Below, in pieces: positions 33,570 to 46,905 of a stretch of 64,000 nucleotides of DNA. Location: contig JADEYG010000002.1 of NCBI GenBank assembly GCA_016906335.1, positions 1,178,001-1,242,000 on the forward strand, given 5' to 3'. Within the stretch, counting starts at the first letter, position 1, and each line of letters opens with the position of its first letter. The notes below the pieces were generated by a model. That model had not been told where the DNA came from and did no database searches. It worked only from the letters and a program-made list of their open reading frames with translations. The translations under genes were made by a program, and so were the position numbers. Source of the DNA: Novakomyces olei (taxonomy: Eukaryota).

Positions 33570-36394
33570 CTAATTCTTTGAGGAAGTATTCACCCAGTAC
33601 TCGGCGTCCCCCGGGCTATCAGACCCCCGTAGCCTCGAGTCGTCTGTCGTGGCCAGAGGCGAAGCCGTTGAGGCCAGACTGCTTGTAGCAGTACCACTAG
33701 CGGCACTAGCGCTAGCGGCACCACCCCGCCGAGCATTATTACCAGCCCCGGCTGTTTCAGTATCAGGACTGGCACTGCTATTCCTGCTAGAACCGTTGCC
33801 CTTACTTCCTCGGCGCTGGAGCACCATCAGCTTAGCCAAACGCAGTCCGCAGCTGTTGCACAAGGAATGCTTTCCGTCCGGATCGCGTCGCCACTCGGGC
33901 GTCTCACTGCGCCCACAGTTTGCACAAACACGATTAGACTGCCTTTGGTGCCGTACCTGCTGGTGACGGATATTGTTGGAGGTAATTCCATCAATTTCCT
34001 GCTGTAATCGCCGATTGGCCAGCCGCAGATGCTGAATCTCATACTGCCAGCTGGTGGACCGTGTGGCTTCCAGCTCCATGTATATACTCTCATCAAGACT
34101 ATGCTCCTCAACGCTCATTGACCGCAGCTGCGGCCTGACAAAGGCAACATGCTTCGACATTCCGGCTGCTGAAGCCGAGTCCATCAGGCTCTTGGGCAGT
34201 TGGCTCACTGGCGAAGCTTTGGATCGTGAGTCAGGGAGTGCCGCAGTACTATCCGCATTTGCCTCACTCAGCTTTCTTCCTGGTTCCCCATTGGCCGCCA
34301 GTTCTTGTTCAACGGAAGGGTTCATTTCTCTACAGCGCATTATTATCGTACGCACACTACTGCTCAATGGCTTGTCAGAGTCAGGGTAAAGGGTTGTCAG
34401 TACTTCAACGCTCTTGCCACTTTTACAGTTCAGCAGGTGCCGGACGTTTACTATCTTGCCCCGCCGAGCTCGTCGGAGAGCCTTGTCAATTCTTTCTTCG
34501 CCCTCTCCACGTGAAACTTCTTTTACATTGAGACCGTACAAGTCTCGACTCTCAAAGTCAATGAAGCGACTGCACGTAGACGCAACAAAGAGCATTATTC
34601 CATCCGCTGAAATCTTGGCCCAAAACTCATTCTCCTGTATCTGCGATTTTTGCAAGACATCACGCCATGTGAGCGAGACAAGAGGCCGCTGCCTGCCAGC
34701 AAGAACTATACATTTACGGCCTCGTCCAGGCTCAATATTGAGCCGCCCTACGCTCTCGAGCCACATGTAGCTCGAATTCTTGCGATGGACACGAAACAGA
34801 AAGCTTACCGCGTCACTGCTCGAAGACGCGTCCCTTAGAATTCGCATTACAGAGACAATATCGCTCGGGTGGCAGATGGAGGATAAGCCCAGGCCAGTTA
34901 TTTCGTCCGACTCGTACTCCAGGATATTGCGACAGGAGGGAGAGGCGTACAGGATAACGCCTTTCAGAGAGAGAATATAAATAAAATCATCCGCCTGCTG
35001 TAAGACTGCCTCGTACTCTTTGCCTCCAGACATGGATACGTTCATCGGCGATTTGCCGTCTGTCCGTGCATCGCGCCGTTTCCGTTTCGTTTGGAATTGG
35101 GGCAGCGGCTCCAGTTCTTTGGGGAACGACGTCATTTGGTAGTTGACGGCGTACGTGCCATCTAATCGTTAGCCGTGGGAAAAGTAGGGAAACAGAAATA
35201 GAATAAATTAACGAGAAAGAATCAAGATAAAAGCTATCAACGAAGATTCGATGGACAACAAGACAGACAGGCAATGCACAAATCGAATTCCAGATATAAT
35301 AAACAAAAACAATGATACACGCAATACGTACCCTTCATACGGTTCATAATAGACTCTGGCTGCTCGACTAAATCAACCTGAAACCCCACGAAAAACGAAA
35401 CCTCTCCGTCAATATGGGTGCTGACGGGGATAATAGTGAGCAAATTTATAAAAGGCTGTCCAGATTTGCGATAGTTTATAAGCGACACTTGAGCCTCATC
35501 ACCAACATTTTGCTGATGTTTGAGAAAGGATACGGCACTTTCGTCGGTGTATATCCGTTTTGAGCCCTTTGTGACATTACCATCTGGTGCTTGCAGAAAT
35601 CGGCAATTCTTCCCCACAATCTCATCCATAGTGTAGCCCGTTAGCTTTTCAAAGTTAGGGCTAGCATAAACAATTGGAAAATCGGGTTCCCGGGCGGAAG
35701 AAACAACAAACGAACAAGACATGTCGACCGGACCAATATTGATTTTCGGGTCCCGACGCATTGCTACTCGCATCTAAAAATTAGTACTATAAAACCGTCC
35801 GCCAAAACTTACGAGAATGCCCAACAGATCAAACCCGGTAGAGGAGTACATGCCTGCAAACCCTGGCCGATCAAGACCCAATGGCTGAGCGACATTCTGA
35901 GCCCCGTCAATATGTAAATTCTGCTTTTTTTGCTGCTGCTGCTGCTGCTGCTGTTGTTGCGTATGCAAATCAACACCTTCAGTAAAAGGCGAGTCCGGGT
36001 AAGAGCTTTGCCGGCTCAATAGAGCGTCTGAAGTAGCAACGCTCGACTCCTCGTCCTGCACGCCTGCACGAACAGCAGACGCGATGGGCCGCCTGTACTG
36101 CATTTTTAAAGGATCACGGTCAGCTGAGTGCGTCGCGGGCAGAGTATGATCGTCGTGGGCGGAAAGGCTGTCACGCTGATTGTTGGTAAAGAACGGATTA
36201 GCACTCGGCCCATCGTCTTCAAAATTCTCAACAAACAACGAAAAGTCTTCATCCTCGGCACTGCCGTCGCCCACAGTCGGATCGGGAGCAGCGGCAATGC
36301 CGAAGCCGTCTCGGAGACTCCGATCGGGTTCCTCTCCGTCGCTGCCGCTGTTGGCAGCGACAGAGAAAATCTCGTCGGCTGATAAATTCAGCAT
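33570..36394 (-). CDS. wc-1: White Collar-1 blue-light photoreceptor/transcription factor (LOV, PAS-B, PAS-C, GATA zinc finger); introns 35774-35812 and 35162-35331
   Basis: YSSTGFDLLGIL|MRVAMRRDPKINIGPVDMSCSF, GKNCRFLQ photo-cysteine motif, INYRKSGQPFINLLTIIP, CHPSDIVSVMR, TSWQYEI, CANCGRSETPEWRR...LCNSCGLR, poly-Q. Confidence 0.96.
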
Positions 36395-37020
36395 TAAAGC
36401 TGCCGCTGTTCAGAGCCCGTTAAATGCGCAGATCAAGGGAGGAGCCTTACCTGAGCCGGCAGCGGGCAAAGCGAAACCTGGGACTGTCGCTCTCTCGACT
36501 CCCAACCCGCTCTGTCGGGCAAAGATGGGGCAAGTTTTGTGCAGAGAGAGCGACGACCAATTAACTATACACAGCAGCTGTATGACTATGAAAAGCCGCT
36601 GCCAGTTTCGCTGCCACGTTAGACTGACGACCCAGAAACTCGCGGTCTCCAAAGGTGCCGCTCCCGCCAGAGGGAAAATGTGGCACTAACTTTTGGCACT
36701 CGAGCGGCAAGCTCTTTGCACAGCGAACAGGGGCAAATCAATATGTGTCCGTATTCGTGTGCCTATGCATTGTGTATACCGGCTCGCAGACTGGTACTGT
36801 TCCTGACCAAGTAATGGTAGACGTATCGCGTCGGCTAGTTGTATCTGGCGTGCTGGCAGAGTCGTCCACAAGTCATACTATGGACAGCTAGTCACAGTTA
36901 AATGACTAGTTAGCTGCCCACCTATTGCGTCGTATTATAGCGAACGAGTTTACGTAGAGCCAACAGATTTATTTATATACATAAAAATATATAATTAAAA
37001 TATATAATTAAAATAGAAAT

Positions 37021-37268
37021 AAAAATGAAAATGAAAATGAAAATGAAAATGAAAATGAAAATGAAAATGAAAATGAAAATGAGAATGAAAATAAAATAAA
37101 ATAAAATAAAATAAAATAAAATAAAATAAAATAAAATAAAATAAAATAAAATAAAATAAAATAAAATAAAATAAAATAAAATAAAATAAAATAAAATAAA
37201 ATAAAATAAAATAAAATAAAATAAAATAAAATAAAATAAAATAAAATAAAATAAAATAAAATAAAATA
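37021..37268. repeat. Compound microsatellite (AAAATG)n-(AAAAT)n in the wc-1/UPF0047 divergent promoter
   Basis: About 11 hexamers followed by ~35 pentamers. Confidence 0.97.
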
Positions 37269-37344
37269 ATATAATATAATATAGAAATAATATAAATATA
37301 AATACAATTTATATTGCGTCAGTTTAAAAGTGTCGGCCGCGAGT

Positions 37345-37970
37345 ATGAGCTGGGACCAGCGGACCGTATGTGGCGTACGCTGTTTGTGACTAATACGCAA
37401 AGATTTCTCTCTCTACGCGATCAAAGGGTTTCTATATCGTAACCGATGAAATTGTATCGCAGCTGCCTGAGCTACGTCATTACCGTACGGGGCTTTTGAA
37501 CCTCTTTCTCCAGGTAGGAGCGCCGTTTGGTGAAGAGACTCATTCAGGTAGCACACGTCCGCGGCATTGACTATTAACGAAAGTAAGAAAAAAAAGTCGC
37601 TGACTTGTTTTGTCTAATGTACAGACTGGGACAGCGATACGCGCCTCGACCTTTCCGACTCTATGGACAGAGTAGTGCCCGAGTCCTGGAATTATCGCCA
37701 CTCTGCCGAAGGCGCGGACGATATGGTAGACTCGTTGTGTGGAGGTAGTGCTAATTTCTAGCCCGCACACGTTAAATCATCATTGCTTGGACCCAGCCTT
37801 ACAGTGCCTATTACGAATGGTAGACTGAACCTTGGTACATGGCAAGATATTCAGCTTGTACGTAACCACCTTCTCTTGTAATGGCCGCTGACGAGTATTT
37901 CAAGGCCGAGTTTCGGCGTATGAAGCACACGCGTAAAGTCGTAGCCACTATTCAGGGCTCGAAAGCGTAA
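37345..37970 (+). CDS. UPF0047/YjbQ family protein; five short introns
   Basis: Spliced [21 protein letters not shown]...[21 protein letters not shown]...[11 protein letters not shown]. Missed by the ORF track. Confidence 0.88.
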
Positions 37971-38317
37971 CGCTTACGCTGACCGATGGTCATTCATTGA
38001 GGTGTACGCAATGCTTTTATGGGAGACTGTCTACTTTAATGCTGCTACGAGGACAGAGTCTGTTTAGTGTCCTAAATTAGGCTCTATTTCGTGTCCTAAA
38101 TTAGGATAATTAGGATAGTTGTATAGTCAATTAATTAGCAACCAGCTGATTGGGTTCCTTGCACGCACAATAAATTGAAAAACTCGAGCTGTCAACACGA
38201 CATTTGTCTGCAAATGCCCTTTGCTGTCGGCCAGTCGTCTATGCTATAAACACGTCGTATTTACACTAATACAATACCATAAAGTAAACGGTCCGCTAAC
38301 GGGTCTACACGAAAGCC

Positions 38318-41300
38318 TCATTGCTGCGAAGTAGCATCGGTTTTACTCGTGCTGTCTCCGGCACCACTCCACTCCTGCTCAAGTGCCGCTAACAGTACGG
38401 GTAAGCGTCCATGTGCATTGTAATCGGCCTCGGACTGGATAACCTCACCCTGCGCAGTTGTAGTTACTACCGGCAAAGGCGCTTTCTGGTGTGTCATTGC
38501 TGCAGAAACGGCCTCATCCGAACCGGAAAAACAAACCGCTGAATATTCAGGTCGGCCATATGGTAAATGCTCCTCAAAGAAACCCACAGTCGGACCAGAA
38601 GGCGGAGCCTTTGCAGCCGCTATCGGAATACTGCCACGCACATCCGACTCACTGAACGAATGATCTTCTGGATCTTGCACGGAAGGATGAACAGTAACAG
38701 GGCCTTTAGCAGCAGCAAAAGCATTATCCACTGGAGCGGTAAAACTGGCACGACGAAGTGTATCCACAGGCTCTTCTTTCATGCGTACAGGCTCGTCAAA
38801 ATAGTACAGTGGGGGTCCGTTTGACACTGCGTTTTGCACCTTATCACCGGCAGGTCCTGAAGAACCAGCACGATTCCGGTCTGCATGTAATACGGGTTTG
38901 CCATTGTCGCCTGCGGTAGGAGACGAGGATACGCGGGGTTCATCGTCGGATTTCTTCAGATTTTTAATATAAAAATTCTTGATTTGTGTAGCCGTCTTTG
39001 TCGTGAGTTCTTGTGCGATCGCAGTGAAATCCGTGCCATGCTGAGCAACCAAGGCTTTTAGACTATCAATCTCCGGATGTGACCAATAAGAGGACTTGTT
39101 TGCACGCTTTACTGGTTTATGTCCACCCGGCTTGGAGTCTGGACCTGAAGTCTCGGCATTTTCTTGAACAGCCACGCCTGCCGCCGAGCTTTGATCCATA
39201 TTGGTTGGCCGATCAGATGTATCAAAAGAATCTACCGCAGGTTTCACACTATTCCTGCGCTTTGAAACGCGTTCCGGCCCTGGTGTTTCCGGACTAGAAT
39301 TGAATTTGCTTCCCGATTTAACTGCCTGATCATTGCCGCCAGCTTCACTTGCTGATTTGTTATTGTTATTGCTATTTATATTAATATTATTATTATTATT
39401 GTTATTATTATTATTGCTGCTGGTGGTAGTCGAGCTTTGTGCTGCCTCTGTGGTATCATTCCCCGATACTTCTACTGCATCTTCCTGGAAATCTTCAACT
39501 GGAGCAGCAGCAGCAATGTCTGTCATTAAAGCCGAGCCCTTTGATTTCTTGCGTTGCAAAGGAACTCGGCCAGACTTGCCGCCTGCAGAAGATGCTGCCT
39601 TCTTTCGTTTACGCATGCCTCGCTCGCGTAATTTGGATCGGTACTGCTCTTGCTTCTTTGTCATGTAATAATGCAAAATGCACTGCGACGTTGTTTTGTT
39701 TGGAAGGTACTCTGCAATCTTACCAAACTGCTTTGCAAATTCCGAAAATCTCTGTTTAAAGATCTCATGCTCTTCATCCGTCCAAATGTCGATTGGTCCG
39801 TTATAGTGATAATGGGTCATGGGATCGTTAACCACCCGATTCCTATCGTCAAACCATAGGGAAACTTTAAGATCATTATCTAGAATCATGTCAGGAATAT
39901 CAGCAGTAGTTCGTTTTAAAAAGTCTTCTGTGCTTTCAGCGGCAGTTTCGCGCTCCAAGTTGGCAAGAATCTCTAGAAACTCAGCCTCAGAGCGGACTGC
40001 GTCGCCATGGGCAAAGGAGCCTCCACCAACACCTCCACCACGACGTGAACTGCGTCCAACCGTTGCTGAATATGGGGTATCGTCAGCCAAGGCGGGTTGT
40101 GCCATTTCCCGCTCATTACGTTCTTTTTGCCTATCGAGCTTCCGAGTGTACGCTTTCCAATCTCGATAAATGCTTTTGTACTCTTCACTGAGCAAACGAA
40201 CTTTTGAGCGCAACGCTTCTTCATGCTCGGATAAGTAGCCATACAGCTTTGGCAGTAATGCTTCATAGTCCTCCTGCTCTTTCCGGAAAAAATCGTACCT
40301 GTCCACAAAGCTAAGCTGCTTATTGGTAATTTGATACTGCTGAGCATCATTTTCTAGTTTGATTTTCTTATTGCATTTGTAGATGTCTGCAATAATATCT
40401 TCTTCCTGATCACCGGTAGCCTTGTCTGTACTCGCCGTGGGACTGGTAGCTTCTTCACATATCGGCACGCTTTCAGAAACGAGTGCAGTAACACTGGATT
40501 TCGGTGAAGATTTCGGTGAAGGTTTCGGTGGACTTTCTTCCGTGGCTTGTAACAGATTTCCCTTGCCGTCCAACTGGCGGTCCTTCTCGGTATATCCTGT
40601 CTCTGTATCTATAGCGGATTCTGCATCAACCTTCCTCTCCAATTCTGAGCGTACTTGCCCATCTGCAGTCGGAAGCAAGTCTGGCTTCGAATCCAAGTCT
40701 TTGCGCTCCATGTCAGTTGCCATCGGCTCTGAAATTGGCTCCTTTGAGGGTACACACGCCTGTCCTGTCGCATCACTTAAAATTCCAGACGACGAGGCAT
40801 CCGGCAGTTGTGCCTTTGCGTCCAGTCCAGGCTCACCAGCTTGATCCGGCTCATAAAGCAATTGTGGTTCAGTCTTTATTGCAACATCATCCTGCTTTTG
40901 TACACTAGTTTGGGAGGAGGGCAAACTTTGTTCCGGTGCACCAGCCTGTTTTTTGAGCATATCGCCTTCATCCCGTACCCGCCGCTCTCTCACACCACCG
41001 TCTTCAAGAGCCTCCCTCTTTTTGTCAAAAGAGGCTCGTGCAAAAGAGACTCGTGCAGAGGAGGCTCGTGCAAAAGGGACTCGTGCAGATTCGGTTTCCG
41101 CCAACTGCACTTTCCCGCTTGGTGTAAAAGATCTAGCACTGGCCCTGTCTGTCCCAAAACTCCTTTCTGGCCCCGAGTAGCCCCGGGGCCGAGTTGGCGG
41201 ATTATCTGGATACGGATACTTGCCACGCACACCGTCTGAAGCAGAGCTGTACGCTCTAGACTCCGTATTTGCTCGATCAGAGAACGAGTCCTTGTGGTCA

Positions 41301-41874
41301 TAGTGTCGCCGTCTATCGCGCTGTGAGTCGTACAGTTTGCTCCTTTCCGGTGTACGCGTATGCAGTGACCGAAAAGTGTTGTACAACCGAGGACCCGTTG
41401 GAATCCCGTTACTTGACGATGAGCCAGGCAATGGCCTTGAGGCCGTAGCTGTACTCGCACTGTCTCGATTGCTCAGCACAGGTCTTTGCTCAGCTTCTCG
41501 GTGCCAATTCGGCGATTGCGATTGCGATTGCGATTGCGGCCGCGGCACTGTCCGCCGCCTTGGAGCGGAGGGAAGAGGGCCACTGGGACCACTGGGAGTC
41601 GGAACGTACGAGTCGTACGCACTAGAGCCGCGGTCAGTGCTTCGAGGACGGTCTTCGTTACGGAACGGCAGCGATCGGCTACGCGAATACGCACGGTACC
41701 TTCTGCACACGAGGGAGGTCAGCGGTTATTCGGACTCGCAGTAAAATGAAATTGATCTCTTTTCTTTTCCAGCACATACCCTGACGAAGGAGGAGACGGA
41801 GGCCGTCGGTACCGCTCAGACGAGCGACCACCGTCCTCCGTAGAGGCGGACGCGTTAGCGTAGCGCTGCGCCAT
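38318..41874 (-). CDS. SNT1: SANT/Myb-domain corepressor Snt1 (Set3C, NCoR-like); intron 41703-41779
   Basis: GDAVRSEAEF, SANT1 WTDEEHEIF...KQFGKIAEYLPNKTTSQCILHYYMTKK, SANT2 SSYWSHPE...HGTDFTAIA...KTATQIKNFY. Confidence 0.88.
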
Positions 41875-42390
41875 AATTGTATATTGCGTACTAACGGTCG
41901 TCCATTCCGCAGCAACCTTGTTGCGACCGTATTTTGCAAGAATTATTGCAGGCAGACTCGTCGCATTAGTCTTGCGGGTTATTATCCTATTTATTGTTAT
42001 TATCATCAATTTCTATACTTTTACATGTACATTATGCTTAAAACATGATATTACCGTCAATGTACTCGTATTAGTTTTCTGAGGTTTACAAGATTACTTG
42101 ATTTAGTTAAAACTTTATAGAAGTAATAAATAAATAAATAAATAAATAAAATAAATAGATAAATAAATAAATAAATAAATAATTTAATTAATTAATTAAT
42201 TAATTATTTATTTAATTAAACGTTTATTAATATGAACCAGTTTTATAGTATTGTGTCAGTATGTTCTACGATTTACTTTGCACGCTGTCTGCTATACATA
42301 TAATCTAATAAAACGAGTACAACTCGGCCAAAGTGTACGTCGTCGGTCCGTGTAAGATTGTGGTTGAACGGCTCCAGTCTCGTCCGCGTC

Positions 42391-43727
42391 ATGGTAAGTT
42401 GAGCATACAAGACTTTGGCAGTCTAACGGTATAGTTTGGTGGATACTTTGACGAGTTTGAAAGCGGTGGGTTCCCTATGCACCCTGCACTTGAACGGCAT
42501 TTACGGGCGCAGCGAGAAGCGGCTGCGAACCAGCGGTTTGAGGCACGATACCGCTGCTTTTCCGTCAATACAATGTCTGGCAGTGAACGTGAAAACGTAA
42601 ATTTTGGCGGGAAATGCATTTTGCCCCCGTCAGCGTTAGAGAAGCTCAGTATGCCTTGATACACTGTTCATTCCTTATTGATTGCGTCATCCTGGATTTG
42701 TCACTGACCCAACTCTAGCGCGACTTAATATAAGTTATCCAATGCTCTTTGAACTACGTAATGATGCAGTGCCAGAGCGCCGCAGCCATCTTGGTGTGCT
42801 TGAGTTTATTGCGGAAGAGGGCCGGATCTATCTTCCTCAATGGGTAAGTTTATTTTTTGATTATGACTTTGTGTCGAAAGTATGGCTCACCTGGAAAGAT
42901 GATGAACAATTTGGAATTGGAGCAAGGCGATATGTTGCATGTACTAAGCACAGAAGTTCCACTGGGCAATTTTGTGCGGCTGCAGCCACAGTCCCCGGAC
43001 TTTCTTGAAATAAGCGACCCTAAAGCTGTGTATGACTCTTTCCCTCACAAATACCCTTCCATCTCTCTCTTTATATGGCTGACCATGGCGCAGTTTAGAA
43101 AATGTGTTACGGAATTTCTCTACGCTTACACAGGGCGATGTTTTCCAGTTTAAATACGTTGACAAGATATTTGAGGTGGCAGTCTTGGATGTGCAACCCG
43201 GATCAAGCTCAAATTCGATCTGTGTCGTGGAAACCGACTTGGAGGTCGACTTTGCTACGCCTGTTGGATACGTGCCCCCTGAACCACAGGCAAAAAAACC
43301 CGCCCACGGTGGCCACATTCGAACACAGGCGGGAATGGCAGCTAAACTAGACTTTCAGGCTTTAGTGGCAGGCGGTATTGCTCGTGCAATGGAGAAAAGC
43401 AAGCCGTTGTATGCCCGCAGTGGTGGACAAAAGCTGTCGGGAAAAGCTGTATCAGAGCCAGCAGTGCCTCTGGATAAAGCGTTGCACGAAACAGTAGCAG
43501 ACGAGCAGGCAATTCATGCCGTGCCGACACCATTGCGAGTTCCGTTTGGAACTCTTTTCTTTGGATATGACTACAAGCCGCCACCTTCTACAGAGTCTTT
43601 GGAGGAAACGGAGAGCAGTAATAGTGCAAACAAGTTTTCTGGCTCGGGCCAAAAGCTGAGAACCAGGCGAAACGAGTCCCAGCCGGCCGCTGGAGCATCG
43701 ACCGACAGCCCTATTGAGATTGATTAG
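42391..43727 (+). CDS. UFD1: Ubiquitin fusion degradation protein Ufd1; first coding exon is the ATG only; four introns
   Basis: [75 protein letters not shown]. Confidence 0.95.
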
Positions 43728-44329
43728 ATGGAAGGCTTTGTATATAGGCGCATAGATAAGAGGATAAACTGGTAGCATATTACTTTTGCAAGTGGACATG
43801 ACGCATGCCACCTTGGACACTGAACTGTAATCGTTGAATACATTTGAATAATGACATACACTATAACTATTTCATCTCAGTTGTTTTACAATTACTCACC
43901 TCTATTTCTATTGCTCCACGTTACGTTGCACAACGCAAAGCATGTTAAGACGGACAGGACAGTATATTTGGGTAGTCTATATGGGCTATTTGTATGTGTT
44001 TGCTTGCTTCAACCAATCCAGGTTTGCCAAACTAACCCCAGCTAACTCTAGCTAACCCTAAACCTAACATAAGTTTGGGTTCCACCATAACACAGCACGT
44101 ATCGTTATTCGCAGTAATATATTATCATGTAAATCACTCGTAATGACCATTACGTGTATGGATGGCATGGACAAATAACCAAGTAAACGGAACCTGAGAT
44201 ACTCTGTGGAAAAAACAATAAATGTGCTGGCGCTAACAGTCCCTAATTATTGCACTGCATTCACACGTATACTATAAATTTTCAAACCATCCGACGATTA
44301 CGAGGCGCCTCGGAGCTCGAGTCTGAGCC

Positions 44330-44936
44330 ATGAACTCTCAAATTTTTTCGCTGGCCATCGTGCTTGGCAGTATGCAGCTGGCTAAGCGTGTCAATTTTGA
44401 CCAGCCTGAGAACCTGCTGGCGTTACGTATCATGTACGGCCTGAGCAATTTGATCATCTTTGGTGCAATGTTCTACATAAAGTACAAGATCGAAAAGGCG
44501 AACGGTAGGGTTTACTTGCTGGTTTTCAACCTTATTAATTGTAGATTTAACGACGATAAAGTACGTTGAGCCCGCGTCTTCAATGTCGGGTCGCGAAACT
44601 GATACGCTCGTGACCACTACCGTCAAGGAATACGACGAGAGCAAGCTTAAAGAGGCACAGCGCACTGTCCTCATGGGCGTGGCTATGATGGCCTTTATGC
44701 ACTTGTATATGAAGTACTCGCAGCCGTTATTGGTACAGTCTATTATGCCAGTCAAGACAATCGTGGACAACAAGCTGTTCCAGATCCACGTCCTCGGCAA
44801 AGTATCTGAAGATTTGAAACGCCCGTTCAAGAACCCTCCTGGTTTGTTTGGTGGCGCAGCCAACGCGGGCGTCAAGACGGACAAGAAGAGCATCCAGGAG
44901 CTCGAGGCCAAGGCTACTATTAAGAAGGACGAGTAA
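44330..44936 (+). CDS. PHO88: Pho88/Snd3 ER targeting protein; intron ~44505-44544
   Basis: TTVKEYD, MMAFMHLYMKYSQPLLVQSI, DLKRPFK, KTDKKSI. Confidence 0.9.
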
Positions 44937-45224
44937 ACTTGTCTATTTCGCTTTTGCCGGCCTTACCTTTTATAGCCTTTTGATAAAGTTCTTCCAAGAC
45001 ACCTTTAATAGTAAATTATACATGTATACCAAATGCTCATGGAAAGTGCAGTCTGCAGATTAGAATACAAGAGGTGGGCCGGATTGTCGAGCTAATAAAA
45101 GACTGCCATTTATGACTAATATTGATTGAAATACCGTCATTGACTGCACGACCATCATTGATCCGGCCAATATACCTGTTTAAATTGCCCGTAGAAAAAT
45201 CTTTTTATATTACAAAATGTTATT

Positions 45225-46478
45225 TTAAGTTTTATTGGCAATCTCACAGCCCTGTTTAATGGCCGCAATCATTGCGGTAAGCTGAATTTTCTCGGACGCA
45301 CCTGAGCTTAGACGGTGCTCAATCAGAGCAAGCTGATCCAGCACGAACACGCGCATCTGTGCAGGCAGTTGTAGATCGTCAAGAGCCTCGAAAACACCGC
45401 CTAGTATGTCTTGCAGAGCCAAGCCTTTGTCCTTTTTCATCGCGCTCAGTCCTGAAAGAAATTAGGCACAGCAAACAAAGATAATAATTAGAAGTGTAAA
45501 AGCTTTGAGCGTACGCTGAGAACACGAAACGAAATCATCGTTCATGGTAGAATGCACGATTGCCTCTAAATCATCTGGATGCGGATTACCCACACAGTTG
45601 TATACAGCGTCGACATCAACCGTATCGTATGCAGCACTGCAGGCCTGCAGAATATTTAAAGCCTTGCGCATATCGCCCTTGCTCAATTTTAAGAGTGCCG
45701 CTTTTGCCTCGGGCGAGATGTTTACATGCTCATTAGCAATTACATAGTCTAGCCGCACCTCAATATCATGAATTGGCAGTGGCTGGAAGCGAAACTTTGT
45801 GCATCGCGACTGTATAGCAGGTGCAATTTTGTTGATGTAGTTGCAAATCAAACAGAACCGTACGTTTCGCGTGTATTTTTCGATAACTAGAATTAGATCC
45901 AATGACCATGAAGAGGCAGTGAACAAAATAAACAGTGAACCAAATAAACAGTAGGGAAGCATACTCCGCCGTAACGCGTTCTGTGCAGCCAAAGTCATAG
46001 CATCCGCCTCGTCGAGAATAATGAGCTTAAATTTGCTTTCGAATATCTGCCGTGTACTAGCAAATGTTTTTATCTGTTCGCGAACGACATCAATACCGCG
46101 ATCATCAGAGGCATTGAGCTCCATCACTTGATTACGAAAGCTCTTCCCATAAATGCGTCGAGCCAAAGCCAAAATGGTTGTCGTCTTTCCGGTACCGGGT
46201 GGCCCATAGAACAGCAGGTGCGGTATCCGGCCCGTATCCACAAACCGTTCCACTGCGGGATTAGCGGCGTACTGCGTTGGACTTACGCGTAGACAATATA
46301 TCCTGGTGCGCGACAACCTGCTCTAACGCCTGCGGACGGTACTTTTCCACCCTGTTCATGTTAGTGCTATGACGTATACGCACGCATACCAAGGCAGATC
46401 GGAATCTTCGGGGCTGACAAAGCCATTGTCGGATTTGCCTTTGCCTTTACGCGCGTCATTCGCGCTCTCCGACGCCAT
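45225..46478 (-). CDS. RFC3: Replication factor C small subunit (yeast Rfc3/human RFC5 type); four introns
   Basis: LPWVEKYRP, PHLLFYGPPGTGKT, ELNASDDRGIDVVREQIK, ILDEADAMT, SRCTKFRF, KGLALQDI. Confidence 0.93.
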
Positions 46479-46905
46479 TACTTTTGGTTCTCTTACAATT
46501 AATTAATTTTATTTATTATACCATAAATATTTGCAGCTGTACGGAGCGATAATACATAGAATAAGAGAAATGGCGAGTCTTATGATATTAGCGCCAATAT
46601 TAGTAGTCGTTGCCTGAATAATATGTAGACAATATAAATAATCCTTTTTCACACAGTATATGTATATAAATTAATAAATAAAAAATTGTAAATATTGTTA
46701 TAAATGTTAATAATTGAATAAATTTATAATATTTTCTACTGACTATAAATTAAAAAGTATATTTGTTGTAAATTAATAGTCGCTGACTGCACGAAAATCA
46801 CACTACAATTATACCGATCTATCTGCCTATATTTTAAAAGGCCATTCTCAACACGCCACGCGCCAGCCTTGAAACAGGCGGCTATTGAACGGCAATTGGC
46901 TCAAC

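Noticed and set aside
36180-36891. ORFs upstream of or antisense to wc-1
   Set aside because: No homology cues; they could be leader sequence, but coding cannot be supported.
37008-37400. 130-aa ORF with ILFYF repeats
   Set aside because: Translation of the (AAAAT)n microsatellite.
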